From: the human T2T-CHM13v2.0 reference genome, Homo sapiens
Direction: 5' to 3' (one strand)
Assembly: GCF_009914755.1 (NCBI RefSeq)
Contig: NC_060930.1
Length of the DNA: 64,000 nucleotides
Both the position numbers and the translations under genes were made by a program. Each line of letters opens with the position of its first letter. Positions within the stretch are counted from its first letter, which is position 1. The notes beneath the pieces were generated by a model. That model searched no databases and was not told the origin of the DNA. It saw only the letters and a list, made by a program, of their open reading frames with translations. Below, one piece after another: positions 41,169-59,061 of this stretch.

Positions 41169-43511
41169 TTATTTATTTATTTTTAATATTTTAACTTTTA
41201 TTTTAGGTTCAGGGGTACATGTGCAGGTTTGTTATATAGTAAACTCATGACTCAGGGGTTTGCTGTACAGATTATTTCATCACCTGGGTACCAAGCATAG
41301 TACCTGACTCTTTCTTTTTTTCTCTGAATCTCTGTCTCCTCCCAACCTCCTCACTCAAGTAGGCCCCAGTGTCTGTTGTTCCCCTTTCCGTGTCCATTTG
41401 TTCTCATTATTTAGCTCTCACTTAAAAGTGAAAATATACAGTATTTGGTTTTCTGTTCCTCCATTAGTTTGCTAAGGATAATGGCCTCCAGTCCACCCAT
41501 GTTACTGCAAAGGACATGATCTCATTTTTTATGGCTGCATAGTATTCTATGGTGTATATGTACTACATTTTTAATCCAGTCTACCACTGATGGGCAGTTA
41601 GGTTAATTCCATGTCTTTGCTATTGTGAATAGTGCTGCAATGAACATATGCCTACATGTGTCTTTATGGTAGAATTATTTATATTTCTTTGGGTATATAT
41701 CCAGTAATGGGATTGCTGGATCAAATGGCAGTTCTGTTTTCAGTTCTTTGAAGAATCACTACACTGCTATCCAGAATGGTTGAACTAATTTGCACTCCCA
41801 GTAGTAGTAGATAAGCATTCCCTTTTCTCTACAACCTCACCAACATCTGTTATTTTTTTTTTTTTGACTTTTTAATAATAGCCATTCTGCCTGGTGTGAG
41901 ATGGTATCTTATTGTGGGTTTGATTTGCCTTTTGCTAATAATCCATAATGTTGAGGTTCTTTTCATATGATTGTTGGCAGCATGTATGTCTTCTTTTGAA
42001 AAGTGTCTATTCACACCCTTTATCTACTTTTTAATGGTGCTTTTTTACGCTTGTACATTTGTTTAAGTTCTATATAGATTCTGAATTTTAGATCTTTGTT
42101 AGATACATAGTTTGCAAATATTTTCTCCCTTTCTGTAGGCTGCCTGTTTACTCCATTTATAGTTTCTTTTGCTGTGCAGAAGCAGCTCTTTAATTAGGTC
42201 TCATTTGTCAATTTTTTGTTTTGTTGCAATTGCTTTTGGTGTTTTCATCATGAGATCTTTGCCACTTCCTGTGTCCAAAATGGTATTTCCTAAGTTATGT
42301 TTCAGGGTTTTTATAGTTTTAGGTTTTACATTTAGCTCTTTAATCTATCTTGAGTTGATTTTTTATATGGTGTAAGGAAGGGGTCCAGTTTCAATCTTCT
42401 GCGTATAGCTAGTCAGTTATCCCAGCATCATTTATTGAATAGGGAGTCCTTTTCCCATTGCTTTTTTTCAGCTTTGCCAAAGGTCAGATGGTTGTAAGTG
42501 CATGGCTTTATTTCTGAGCTCTCTATTCTGTTCCGTTGGTCTATGTGTCTGTTTTTGCACCAGTACCATGCTGTTTTGGTTACTGTGGCTTTGTAAGTAC
42601 ACTTTGAAGTCTGGCAATGTGATTCCTCCAGCTTTGTTCTTTTTGCTTAGGATTGCATTGGCTATTCGGGCTCTCTTTTTGTTCCATATGAACTTTAGAA
42701 TACTTTTTTCTAGTTCTGTGAAGAATGTCATTGGTAGTTTGATAGCATTGAATCCATAAATTGCTTGGAGTAATATGGTCATTTTAATGATATTGATTCT
42801 TCCGTTCCATGAGCATGGAATGTTATTTCATTTGTTTGTGTCACCCTGATTTCTCTGAGCAGTGTTTTGTAATTCTTATTGTAGAGTTCTTTCACCTCCC
42901 TGCTTAGTTGTATTCCTAGGTATTTTATTCTTGTATCGCTAGGTATTTTATTCTTTTTGTGGCTGTTGTGAATGGGGTTGTGTTCCTGGTTTGACTCTTG
43001 GCTTGGCTGTTGTTGGTGTATAGGAGTGCTAGTAATTTTTGTACATTGATTTTGTATCCTGAGACTTTGCTGAAGTTGTTTATCAGCTTAAGGATCTTTT
43101 GGGCCAGGACTATGAGATTTTCTACATATAGAATCATGTCGTCTGTTAACAGGGACAGTTTGACCTCCTCTCTCCGTATTTTGATGCCTTTTATTTCTTT
43201 CTCTTGCCTTATTGCTCTGGCCAGGACTTTCAACATTATGTTGAATAGGAGCAGTGGTGAGAGAGGGCATCCTTGTCTTGTGCAAGTTTTCAAGGGGGAA
43301 ACTTTCAGCTTTTGCCCATTCAGTATAATGTTAGCTATGGGTTTGTCACAGATGGCTCTTATTATTTTGAAGTATGCTCCTTTAATGCCTAGCTTATTGA
43401 GGGTTATGACATGAAGGGATGTGAAATTTTATCAAAAGCCTTTTCTGCATCTATTGTGATAATCATGTCTTTTTTTATCTGTAGTTCTGTTTATGTGATA
43501 AATCACATTTA
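41169..43511 (-). mobile_element. 5'-truncated L1PA13-16-like element (ORF2 C-terminal remnant plus 3'UTR)
   Basis: Minus ORFs 42925-43293 ([18 protein letters not shown]) and 42468-42782 are L1 ORF2. TSD TGCAGTCTTAATGTAT (41153-41168) / TGCAGTCTTAATTTAT (43512-43527). Confidence 0.95.
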
Positions 43512-46500
43512 TGCAGTCTTAATTTATAAAATGGGTGTACTGTTGACTGAGTTTCTCTTCGGAGCTCTATCAGCTTATGTGTTACATTCTTCTAGTGTAT
43601 TTTCATTGATTCTTTCTGCTCTTGTTTCTCAGGCTTTTTTCAGCACTAATGTGTTTCTTTAAATTTATTACAACAAAAAGGAATATTTGTCTGAAGTGTA
43701 TTATTTGTTTTATTCTCTCCCTTCTTTTTGATGATATGTTTACAGTATCACCTGTGAAGTTCTTGAGTGTTAGTCCTTTTTGAAAGGGGCAGCTCTATCT
43801 AAGCCTACTATTATCTCAAGAATAATGTGGGAGAAATGGGAAAACTGGGTTGAGTTGAGAAGCAGCTGTATGTAGAAATATGTGTGTGTATTAGTAATTC
43901 ATGGTTTCTTTAACTGCTTTCCCTCTAAGCCCTTTCTCAAAATCCAATTTTAAGAGAAAATATTCATCACTCATCTTTGCAAAATTTTACACCTACATTT
44001 TTTGTTAATGTGTTAATACTATTTGAGTCAACTAAACACATTTTGGACACGTATCTATAAGCTCATCTATGCTCTATTTCATGTTTCCATAATTTTGCGA
44101 CTTAAAGGAAAACAATACTGACCGGGTCCCATTAGACCTGGGTTCTAGATACAGCTTTGCCTAAAATATTTTTTAGTTTTATAAAATTATTTAAATTCTT
44201 TATATCTCAGATTCCTAATAAATTCAGTTAAGACAATCATTAATTCTTTACACATGGAAATCTCTTCATACTAGAAAAGAGAGTAATGACACAGAAAGTG
44301 ACTAAAGTCATTGGAAAGATTTTTGTCCAATTTATAATGATAATTTCAACAAAATAAATGAAAATAAACAAAATTTTATTTACATATTTAAAAAATGTTG
44401 TGCTCAGAAAAAAATGTAGGTATGTTTTCCTCACTTATTGCTGTCTATATGTCTGGGGAATGCCCTACCACAGAGGGTATCATTAGAGTGAGAAAGCTTT
44501 GTTAAAGTCTCTTGTATTTTCTCCATAGAGATTTATCCTTTATGGAGGAGAATCAAAGTAAATCAACCATTGTGTTTTTTTTTATTACAACACTAATCTT
44601 TTTTTCTGAAATGAATATTGATATCAACATTCATAGAAAAGTTACATATTACCAAATAATAAGTTTTGGTATTAAAAACAGTCTATTACTTGGAATTCTT
44701 TGCCTCAAACTGTAACTGTCTCCACGTTTCATTATGAAATGTCTTGCAGTATCTGGCATATGATTAAAAAATATATAGGATATATACTTTTTAAAACTCA
44801 GAGAAAAGACAACTAATAAAAGAGCTGCATTTTAACCAAAAGCTATCAGAGAGGGAAATTACAAAAGAAAACCCATAATTTGATAGGAAAAAAGGATAAG
44901 AAAAAGCAGAGCAATTCTGATAGGTCACTTTCTCATACACAAGCATTTAGTCTAAGGTAATCTTCCAGGACTGTCAGATTTGATTGAAAGATAATGTAAG
45001 ATTTTTTTCTTGCCACAATTTATAGCACGTATCCATTAGGAATAATTATGGTTGCATGATTTTGCTAGCTGTTATCTCTACAAGTGTTACTAATGGTTTT
45101 ATCAATTACTCCCTGTCCAATAACTGCATGGTTGTAACCTAATTTAAAGACACTCTATCACCAGGCTGATTTGTGTAGTAGTAAATGACAGCATTTGAGA
45201 CACCAGCCAAATGACTCACTTCAGTGACTTAGTTAGTCTCTAATAATTAACAATTAGTAGGTACCTAGAGAAAGCTCAAGAGACTGGAGCTCCCACGTTT
45301 CTCTTTCTTATCTAAATACAAGAAGTTAGAAAGACTTCGGTGATTCATATTAATAAAATTAAAGGCCTCTATGGGTTTAGAGAACATGTGTATGTAAGAA
45401 CTGTTAATAATTTATATTTAAAATACAATAAATTAGGGGTGATACATGTTGATAGGTTATGTTTTATTGCATTGCAGTGGGTAGATACTCCAAGACCCAC
45501 GTAGAAAAATTACTATTTTTTTCCAGTCGTGTTAGTGCTTTGGTTCAAAAGTACAGTCAGTGTGCTAAAAGGGGAATAGTGTTGGCAAACTTGTGCTATT
45601 TCTTGAACTTTAAAGGGAAAATGCTGGATGTGCAAAAAGAAGTACTTCATTACAGATCATTAGTGGGGACTTTATGATACAGCTGAAGGCTCAGAAAGGT
45701 ATTGCCTGCTTAGAACTAGCTGGGAAGATATTTGAAATCCTTTCTTTTTAATTTAATGAATGTAAAGGAAGATTTTTTTCTTTAAAGATGTTATCTCTAA
45801 GATTTCTTAAAAAGAAACCACCCCATTTTGAAAGGCTAAGTAAGAGTCTGAATTTCAAGTCTTAAGTGGGCTACATTTTCCAAAGTAGTTTGGCGTCTCA
45901 GGGTGAAAGATAGTGAAACGTAAATAGCGAATTCATGGAGTGACCAGGGTTTTGCCCTGTGCTGCTCTTCTGCAGAGTATATCAGTACGTTTAGTTCTAC
46001 TCTGATAAGGCCCAGTTGCTTTGGGATAATTAATCAGTTAGGTTATTTTGTCAGACTTTAGTACTTTAAGATTTTCTGATTAACGATGAATTTAAGATAA
46101 TCATTTAAAGATGAGTTGATCAAGCAGAATGATCAAAAGCTATATTCAACCCCATGATGACATTCTCAGTGTTACTAGTAAATTCCAACCTATAGAGAAA
46201 CATGGGCACTGTGCTTCATTCTCTATCAGGTGAGTCTCAGTAGTCCCTTGAGGAATAGGTAAGCAGAGCCAGCTGCAAAGATTTATTACTGCCTTGGAGT
46301 TTTAGGAATGCTAGGGAAAGTAGTCTTTAAAAAAAACTTTCACACCTACAAGCAAGCCTATTCTGATGATGGCACTTCTCTATAGAGAGTCACAGCTAAT
46401 GAACAGATGTTCTTTTATAAGTTCTGATGGACATTTGTAACCCCAGTTTCTTTGGCTTGCTCCACAAATAGGCTGAGGAGCCAAATGTGCAAACAAGCTG

Positions 46501-49032
46501 AAAGCCCAGGACCCCAGCCACTCCCTGCTAGTATCATTCCTTGCACATATGTTTATGTCACTATTTTGTACTAATCACAAAAGAAATCAGTGGAAAGGAA
46601 GAAAATGAATTACCAAGTATCTGATCATCTCCTGAATAAGATCACAATGGCCAATTTGCAGAAATGGGTTTCTCTAATTTTCCCTTGTGGTGGTGATGAG
46701 GTTATGAAATAGTCGTAATAGCACAAGAACTGCCCTCTCTGGAAGCTGCTAAGAAAACTCCAACCATAATAGAAGGGCAAAGACTCGTGGTGTTTCTTAC
46801 AATGGAGTTGAAGCCCCACCCCTCTTTACCCAGTCATATTTGCATATTCTTTTGAAAACCACACATTGAGTATCTATAGCCCCAGCTGATGTCATCGGGC
46901 ACAGCATGCAGCCACTAGAAGTGGGACAATTATAATTTTTGTAGCTGATTAATCATCATGAAAAAGTAACAGTCAATTGACTCAATCATACATCCATGGT
47001 GATTAATCACACTTCACTTGTGTTTTTTTCCCCCAAGTATTTTACTGACAGTGCAGATGTTGGTTGATTTTCTCCCTTAGCCTTTTCCTTGGTCACAGAT
47101 GTTAAGTAATCACCTTGTCCTGATATTTGACTTATCCATAATCTTCAGTATTACAAGTCCTTAAAAGAAAATGTGCTCTTTTCTTAGAAATCAAATGGTA
47201 ACATAGTTATTACCTTTAAAAAACAGGTTAATCAATATATAAAGTAGCTATAATTGTACTCTGTAATCACAAATGCTTTTTTTTTAATAATAATGCTACT
47301 CCCCCATTTGTTCCCCGATGACATGATTACTGATAAAACATCGAGAAAGAGAGCTGTTGTTTTTTTTTTCTTCTCCTCCTGGAGTGTTAATAGCTCAATT
47401 TCATTTATATTTCATCCAAAACTAGATATTCTAATCCAGATTCATAAAAGGCCTCACCTGGTTGCATTTCACTTCTGGGCAGACATAATATACTCCTGAA
47501 AATAAAACAGACATTGTACCATGCTCTCACCTCAGTACAATACTATTTGAGACTTCTCGGTCACTGGCCCATAAGAGAAGCTGAAATGACTCTACTACTG
47601 CCCTATTTATAAAATTGTCACATATGAATTGTTGATATTTAAGAAGCAATCACAAACACACTAATCTGTTGGTAAAAGAGCAATATTCAAAGAATATTTG
47701 AAATGATTATGAGTCAATTAAATCACTTTTAGGCACAAGTGAAGACCTAGTTTGTATTCAAGGCAACAGAAATGGTTCACTTCAGCTTCTTTTGTAGAAG
47801 TGGGATTAGTGGGTGAGGTGTGTCGAAGATATGCTGCAGTCAAGCCCTGGCTGACAGACTTGCCTGTCTAATTTCTCAAATGGAAATGCCTGATCCTGAG
47901 GGAGAAGCAAGGTGGCTGTCACAAAGTCAAGTCCCACTCCCAGCCCCCAAGACTGGCTTCCATGATTTTAGACTCTCCAATCTTAGAAAGAGGTATCATC
48001 CCCCCAATGCTGACCTTTAGATAATCTTTGAGATCATTTCCCATGTGAAAAATTGCTTTCATGCCAAGATAACACAGCAGTATTGGGTTCTGTCCTAGAC
48101 GACTGTCTTGATACTGTTAATAAAGACCCTTGGGTTGGATATAATTGTTAATAAACTAATTCTAAAAATCCACTCAAACGTCACTTATAATCAGGATTTT
48201 CTGCTGGGCTAGGACCCCTGGGGAAACCTTTGAAGCTGTGAATCTTGTATGCACTGGCAGGGATGAACATAAGAAGGTAGAGAGTCACCATTGCTTCATA
48301 GCTTAGTTGTTTAAAATGATCACGTATGATGAAGCTCAGAACTACTTGCAGCTGTGAGAACCAGAAAAGAAAGTGAGGGATAGAGAAGAGAACCAGTAGG
48401 AAGCTCTCCAACTAAACCCAGTCCTCTTTGGATGTGCCAGAAGGAGAGGTGAAAAGATGTGATTACTTGTAATTTATAGCAGGAACATCAAGGCACAGAA
48501 GATAATATAAAAGCATTTCAGTGGGAAGATACCCATGACATGAAACTGTTTAAAACAATTAATCAAAAAAGCCTAATTATTCAATTAGATGGATAAATGA
48601 ATCTTCTTAAAAGTGGATATGCAAAAAAAGTGATGATGAAATCTTTTAAAGGGAAATGAGTGTAACAAATCAGCTAAATATGATCTCTAAAAAAATTCTG
48701 AATAATAAGTCAGTGATTATGTTTTAATTGGGCTTTAGCTTTATTATAATTGAGGACACTCATTATCTTGTTTTATTGTATTTATGATTTTAATATTCAT
48801 ACCATTTGGTACTTTATCTTTGTATACTTTCTGCCAGTGCTTGTTGCACTTCCTGGCTGATTAGTGCCTGGGTCCGTGTGAAGTGAATACAGATGTCTCA
48901 ATAATGATCGGCAGGACGTTGGGCTGATTTTCAGTGTTTGAAGGTCTCCTATAAAGTCGTCCTTTGTGCAGTTGTAAGGGTTATTTTTTCCGTTCTTTTT
49001 TTTTTTCTCTCTCTCTTTCTCAACGTGAACAG

Positions 49033-49040
49033 CTCTGTTG
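49033..49040 (+). other. Candidate 8-nt microexon CTCTGTTG
   Basis: Long pyrimidine tract 48984-49021, then AACAG| acceptor and TTG|GTAAGA donor 8 nt later, in a non-repetitive CpG-retaining block. No transcript evidence available. Confidence 0.4.
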
Positions 49041-50030
49041 GTAAGAATCATCTAACAGGAAACTGTTTTTTGCTCTGAAGGAGATCAAGAGAACTCGTTT
49101 TGGGGTATGATAAGTGTTTCTAAAATAACAACTTATAATGCATATTTATCCTTTCTTAGGAAAAACATGCTTTATGCAAAGAGTAACATCTAACTGATAA
49201 TTCAAGCTCTTTATCTCAGGGTAAAACGGAGAGCAAAACAGAGCTCCTATGCTTGTAACTTCCAGGCGATCGGATAAGCCACTCTTTGTTCATAGAACAG
49301 GGCAGTTCAGCCAAAGATTATTTCCAAGTTTTTGTCAATCACTTCTCCCTGTAAAAGGTGCACACATGGCTGATTGCTTACACACTCAAAATCAGCCAAA
49401 AGGTGCAGTCAGAATGAGTCGGCAATAGTACAGCTGCCTTATATGTAAAGAGCTTTAAATGAGCCTTTGAGAAGCAAAGGGGTTAGCCGTTTAGTTCTTA
49501 TGCATGGGATTTTTGTGAACCCAAGTGGCATATGCGAGTATTTAATTTATTTTTCAAATCTTTCAAGTAAGTCAGTGGTGAGAATTGTATTAAGGTTTTA
49601 TCTAAGTCCATAGTTTTGCTGCTGATTATGTTGAGATTGAGGTAAATATAATAGATGGACTCTATTTTGATGCGTTGCCAGATAATTGCATATTTTCTAG
49701 TCAATCCTCCTCTTAGAAAAATACTGAATGAATCAAAAACAAAATAAATAATGAATTAATTAATTTAAAGTGGAAAGCTAGTGCACGCACACATACACAG
49801 CTTATGAAATTCTGAGATCTCTAGCTGGCCTTATCATTTCTCTAAATGCAGCAATGAAAATCATTGAAAACTTGGGCAGAACTCTTTACTGACAAAATTT
49901 CAAGATCATATTTTTTAAAAGAATATTTTAAAATATTTTAATATTATTATGACTTCTACTTTTAGATCGAAGTGTATGTTTTCTGACTTGCTTTCTGAAT
50001 AGCACTTAGGCAAGTGCTCATATTTTAGGG

Positions 50031-50241
50031 CACGAACTCTCAACTTCAGCATTATTGACCTTTAGAGCCAAATAAATCTTTGTTATAAGGGGCTGTTTGC
50101 TCACACTGTAAGGTGTTTAGCATCTCTGGACCTACCCTCTCGATACCAGTAGCTCCAGCCCCGAGTTGGGACAACAAAAAAATGGCATAGATACTGCCAA
50201 ATATCCCTTGGGTTAAAATCACTCCTGGTTGACAAACATTG
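50031..50241. mobile_element. MER20 (opposite orientation to the 5160 copy)
   Basis: TCTCAACTTCAGCATTATTGAC..TTTGTTATAAGGGGCTGT..TGTTTAGCA..CTGCCAAATATCCC..AAAATCACTCCTGGTTGACAAACATTG. Confidence 0.88.
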
Positions 50242-50499
50242 TCTTAAAGTCTTAGCCTACAGCAAGTAAAACATTCTTAAAACAAAGATAGCCCACAGTA
50301 ATACAGTAATGGACAATTATAAAAGGGAGCTATCGATCACATACACTCTAATTTGAAAATTGGGAAGTGTCGCTTGATTTTCAGCTTAGTTTTCTGGTAT
50401 TAATCAATATTATCATCCATAACATTTTTAAAGATTTTATAGCGATGAAGAAGAAATGTTATAAGAAGTTTTGATGTTTAACACAAGAAAATTGGAATA

Positions 50500-51400
50500 T
50501 TATTAACATATCTATACTAATATATATGTTAATATGTATTATAATAATATATATTATAATATTATATTATGCATATTTTTTCCTAAGAGGAAATATAGAT
50601 ATATTTTTTTTTCCTAAGAGGAGGCTTGATTAGAAAATATGCATTTTTCTGTCAATGGGGCAAAACAGAGTCCATACCTTTTATTTACCATTTAATCTCA
50701 ACATAATCAGTAGCAAAACTATGGACCTGAATAAAACCTAAATACAATTCTCACTACTGACTTATTTGAAAGATTTGAAAATTAAATCAAATACTCACAT
50801 ATGCCACTTGAGTTCACAAAAATGTCATATAAATATTCTATATATAGAATATATGTAATATTCTATACATAGAAGATATATCTCTCATGTCTTCTATGTA
50901 TGGAAGATATATAAATTAATATATTTAACATATAATATTAATTATATTAATATTATATATTAAGAAAAATAATATCCTAATTATATAATTATATCATAAA
51001 TATATAATTTATATACAATAATATATAAATTAATATTATATATCTTCTATATTCATAACATATAAAATATATTATATCATATTATATATTATATTTATGT
51101 TATATACTCTAAATTTTATATTTATAATGCATTTATAATATATGTATAATATATTTATATAATATTAATATTTATAATATAGAATATATAGATGTATTAT
51201 ATGATATATTAGAATCTATATTGTACTATAAAATATGTAATATATTAGAGTATTATTACAGAATATATAGTGTATGATATATTATAAAATGTATTTTTAT
51301 ATTATATATTATTTAACATATTTAAGCATAATATAATATATAGTATAAAATAGTATAAACATTATTTTTGTATACTATTATTTAGAATATAATAGTAATG
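50500..51400. repeat. AT-rich low-complexity region with palindromes
   Basis: Degenerate TA/TAA repeats. Perfect 20-bp palindrome at 50833-50852. Confidence 0.85.
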
Positions 51401-51722
51401 ATAGCGACAACAATGTTAGTATCAAGCACAGTGCTAAGAAGACTTTCATTCATCTACTCATTGAGGTTATTTTACTGTGAACAGTTTTTGGGGGTAACAA
51501 GCCTAAGTTAACTTGATTAAAGCTTATTCCCTGCTCTTTTGCTGGTTTGATGAGTAGCAGCCATGTAACAGATTCATTGGCACCGTCTTTCAAGGTCAAG
51601 TGTATCTGGGTTCTTGGATCAACATCAGATGTTTTGTTGGGTACAATGACTTAAGTGTTTCCATTTTAAAGGTGTAAAGATGAAGCTATTTAACTGGAGA
51701 TTCAGGAAGCAAAGACGTCATT

Positions 51723-53365
51723 TTCTTTTTAATTTTTTATTTGAATAGCTTTAGGGGTACATGTAGTTTTTAGTTACATGGATTAATTGTATATTGGTGA
51801 AGTCTGGGCTTTTAGTGTACCTATCAGCCAAATAGTGTACATTGTACCCAATGCTTGATTTTTTCATCCCTCATTGCCTTCCATCCTCCCTCTTTGAGTA
51901 TTCAATGTCTATTATACCACTCTATATGACTTTGTATACACATAGCTAGCTCCCACTTATGTGAGAACATGTGGTATTTGGTTTTCTATTCCTGAGTGAT
52001 TTTGCTTAGGATAATGGCCTTCAGTTCCAGCCAACTTGCTGCAAAAGACATTTCATTCCTTTTTATGGCTGAGTAGTATTTTATTTTATATATATATAAT
52101 ATATAATATTATATATTATTAATTATATAATAATATATTCTATATATTAGATATATTTATTAGATATATTTATTATATATAATATATATTAAATTTAAAT
52201 ATATAAATTTAATTATATATTTATATAATATATAAAATATAAATATAATATAATATATATTATATATATTATAAATATATAATTATATATATTATATATA
52301 ATATATTATATATAATAATACATATATATATATCTCAATCACATTTTCCCTATTCACTTATCAGTTGATGGACACTTAGGTTGATTCTATATCTTTGCAA
52401 TTGTGAATTATGCTGCAATAAATATATGCATGCAGGTTTTTTTTTGATATAATGACTTCCTTTCCTTCAGATAGATACGCTGTAGTGAGATTGCTGGATT
52501 GAATGGTAGATCTACTTTTAGTTCTTCAAGAAATCTCCACACTGTACTAATTTACATTCCCACCAGCAGTGCATAAGAGTTCCCTTTCATATCCATGCTA
52601 ACATGTATTTTTTTTCACTTTTTAATAATGGCCATTCTGGTTGGGGTAAGATGGTATCTCATTGTGGTTTTAATTTGCATTTCCTTGATAATTATCTATG
52701 TGGAACATTTTTTTCATATGTTTGTTGGATGTTTGTATATCTTCTTTGGATAAATGTCTGTTCATGTCATTTGTCCACTTTTTAATGGAATTGTTTTTTT
52801 TTTTTTCTTGATGATTTGTTAGAGTTCCTTGTAGATTCTGGACATTACTCCTGCATCAGCTGCATAGTGTGCAAATGTTTTCTCCCATTCTGTAGGTTTT
52901 TTGTTTACTCCATTAATTATTCCTTTTGATGTGCAGAAGCATTTTAGTTTAATTATCTCCCATTTATTTATTTTCCTTTTTGTTTTCTTTGCCTTTGATG
53001 TCTTAGTCATAAATTCTTTGCCTAGGCCAATGCCCAGAAAAGTTTTTCCTAGGTTTTCTTCTAGAATTTTTATGGTTTCAGGTCTTGATTTAAGTCTTTA
53101 ATTCATCTTAAGTTAATCTTTGTATGTAATAAAAGATAGGGATCCAATTTCATTGTGGCTGTAGGATTCACAATTTCACATGTGACTATCCAATATGTGT
53201 CTACTTTTATACCAGTACCATACTGTTTTGGTTACTATAACCTTGTAGTATAATTTGAAGTCAGGTAATATGATGTCTCCACATCCATTCCTTTTGCTTA
53301 GACTTGCTTTGGCTATTTGAACTCTTTGTTGGTTCCATATAATTTTAGAATCTTTTTTTCTTCTT
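51723..53365 (-). mobile_element. 5'-truncated L1PB-like element
   Basis: L1PB-type 3' end (GGGGTACATGTAGTTTTTAGTTACATGGAT..GGTGAAGTCTG). ORF2 C-terminal remnants at 52819-53010 and 53176-53350. TSD GCAAAGACGTCATT (51709-51722) / GCAAAGACATTATT (53366-53379). Confidence 0.93.
52081..52332. repeat. AT-only expansion inside the L1PB
   Basis: 252 bp containing only 4 G/C bases. Confidence 0.95.
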
Positions 53366-53963
53366 GCAAAGACATTATTAAAGAAAAAATAAGATGTCCC
53401 TGTATGTGATTTTGCAGTTAGTATACACATGTATATCACTAGTTACAAGGAACACAGCACAGATATGATTTCTACTTTACCAGTGTTGGCTCAAATCTTT
53501 CCATTAAGGGAGAGAACCAAAGGCATGCAGTGCTGGCTTCCATTATGTCATCTTTATGTACCCATACAAATTCTCAGCAGAACCAATAACTCTGAAAGAA
53601 AACGTGTCTCCTCAAAACCTCTTAATTTTCTTAATCTGCTTTAAAAGGTAGCACATTTTCTTTAACTTTTTTGACGCTGCTGTTAGGATTTTTCTTTCAT
53701 CTAGCTGAGTATTTTAAAAATTCTTTTTTTTTCTATTTTTTCTTTTTATTTTATTATTATTATACTTTAAGTTTTAGGGTACATGTGCACAACGTGCAGG
53801 TTAGTTACATATGTATACATGTGCTTTGCTGGTGTGCTGCACCCATCAACTCGTCATTTAGCATTAGGTATATCTCCTAATGCTATCCCTCCCCACTCCC
53901 CCCACCCCACAGCAGTCCCCAGAGTGTGATGTTCCCCTTCCTGAGTCCATGTGTTCTCATTGT

Positions 53964-56022
<2,059 letters not shown>

Positions 56023-56118
56023 TTAGAAGGAAAACTAACAAACAGAAAGGACGTCTGCACCAAAAACCCATCTGTACATCACCATCATCAAAGACCAAAA
56101 TTAGATAAAACCACAAAG

Positions 56119-57136
56119 ACGGGGAAAAAAAGAGAGCAGAAAAACTGGAAACTCTAAAAAGCAGAGCACCTCTCTTCCTCCAAAAGAACGCAGTTCCTAA
56201 CCAGCAATGGAACAAAGCTGGTTGGAGTACGACTTTGACGAGTTGAGAGAAGAAGGCTTCAGAAGATCAAACTACTCCGAGCTACAGGAGGAAATTCAAA
56301 CCAAAGGCAAAGAAGTTAAAAACTTTGAAAAAAATTTAGACGAATGTATAACTAGAATAACCAATACAGAGAAGTGCTTAAAGGAGCTGATGGAGCTGAA
56401 AGCCAAGGCTCGAGAACTACGTGAAGAATGCAGAAGCCTCAGGAGCCAATAGGATCAACTGAAAGAAAGGGTATCAGTGATGGAAGATGAAATAAATGAC
56501 ATGAAGCAAGAAGGGAAGTTTAGAGAAAAAAGAATAAAAAGAAACGAACAAAGCTTCCAAGAAATATGGGACTATGTGAAAAGACCAAATCTACGTCTGA
56601 TTGCTGTACCTGAAAGTGACAGAGAGAATGGAACCAAGTTGGAAAACATGCTGCAGGATATTATCCAGGAGAACTTCCCCAATCTAGCAAGGCAGGCCAA
56701 CATTCAGATTCAGGAAATACAGAGAACGCCACAAAGATACTCCTCGAGAAGAGCAACTCCAAGACACATAATTGTCAGATTCACCAAAGTTGAAATGAAG
56801 GAAAAAATGTTAAGGGCAGCCAGAGAGAAAGGTCGGGTTACCCTCAAAGGGAAGCCCATCAGACTAACAGTGGATCTCTCAGCAGAAACTCTACAAGCCA
56901 GAAGAGAGTGGGGGCCAATATTCAACATTCTTAAAGAAAAGAATTTTCAATCCAGAATTTCATATCCAGCCAAACTAAGCTTCATAAGTGAAGGAGAAAT
57001 AAAATACTTTACAGACAAGCAAATGCTGAGAGATTTTGTCACCACCAGGCCTGCCCTAAAAGAGCTCCTGAAGGAAGCACTAAACACGGAAAGGAACAAC
57101 CAGTACCAGCCACTGCAAAATCATGCCAAATTGTAA
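56119..57136 (+). pseudogene. L1 ORF1, disrupted
   Basis: Start codon mutated to ACG, +1 A shortly after, internal TAG at 56450-56452. C-terminal 219 aa intact (..YPAKLSF..QNHAKL). Confidence 0.96.
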
Positions 57137-57199
57137 AGACCATTGAGGCTAGGAAGAAACTGCATCAACTAACGAGCAAAATAACCAGCTAACATCATA

Positions 57200-59061
<1,862 letters not shown>

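Noticed and set aside
46154-48701. C/D-box-like motifs (RTGATGA..CTGA) near 46154 and 48630, and also near 61480
   Set aside because: No convincing terminal stems or recognisable rRNA/snRNA guide. These motifs are frequent by chance in AT-rich DNA.
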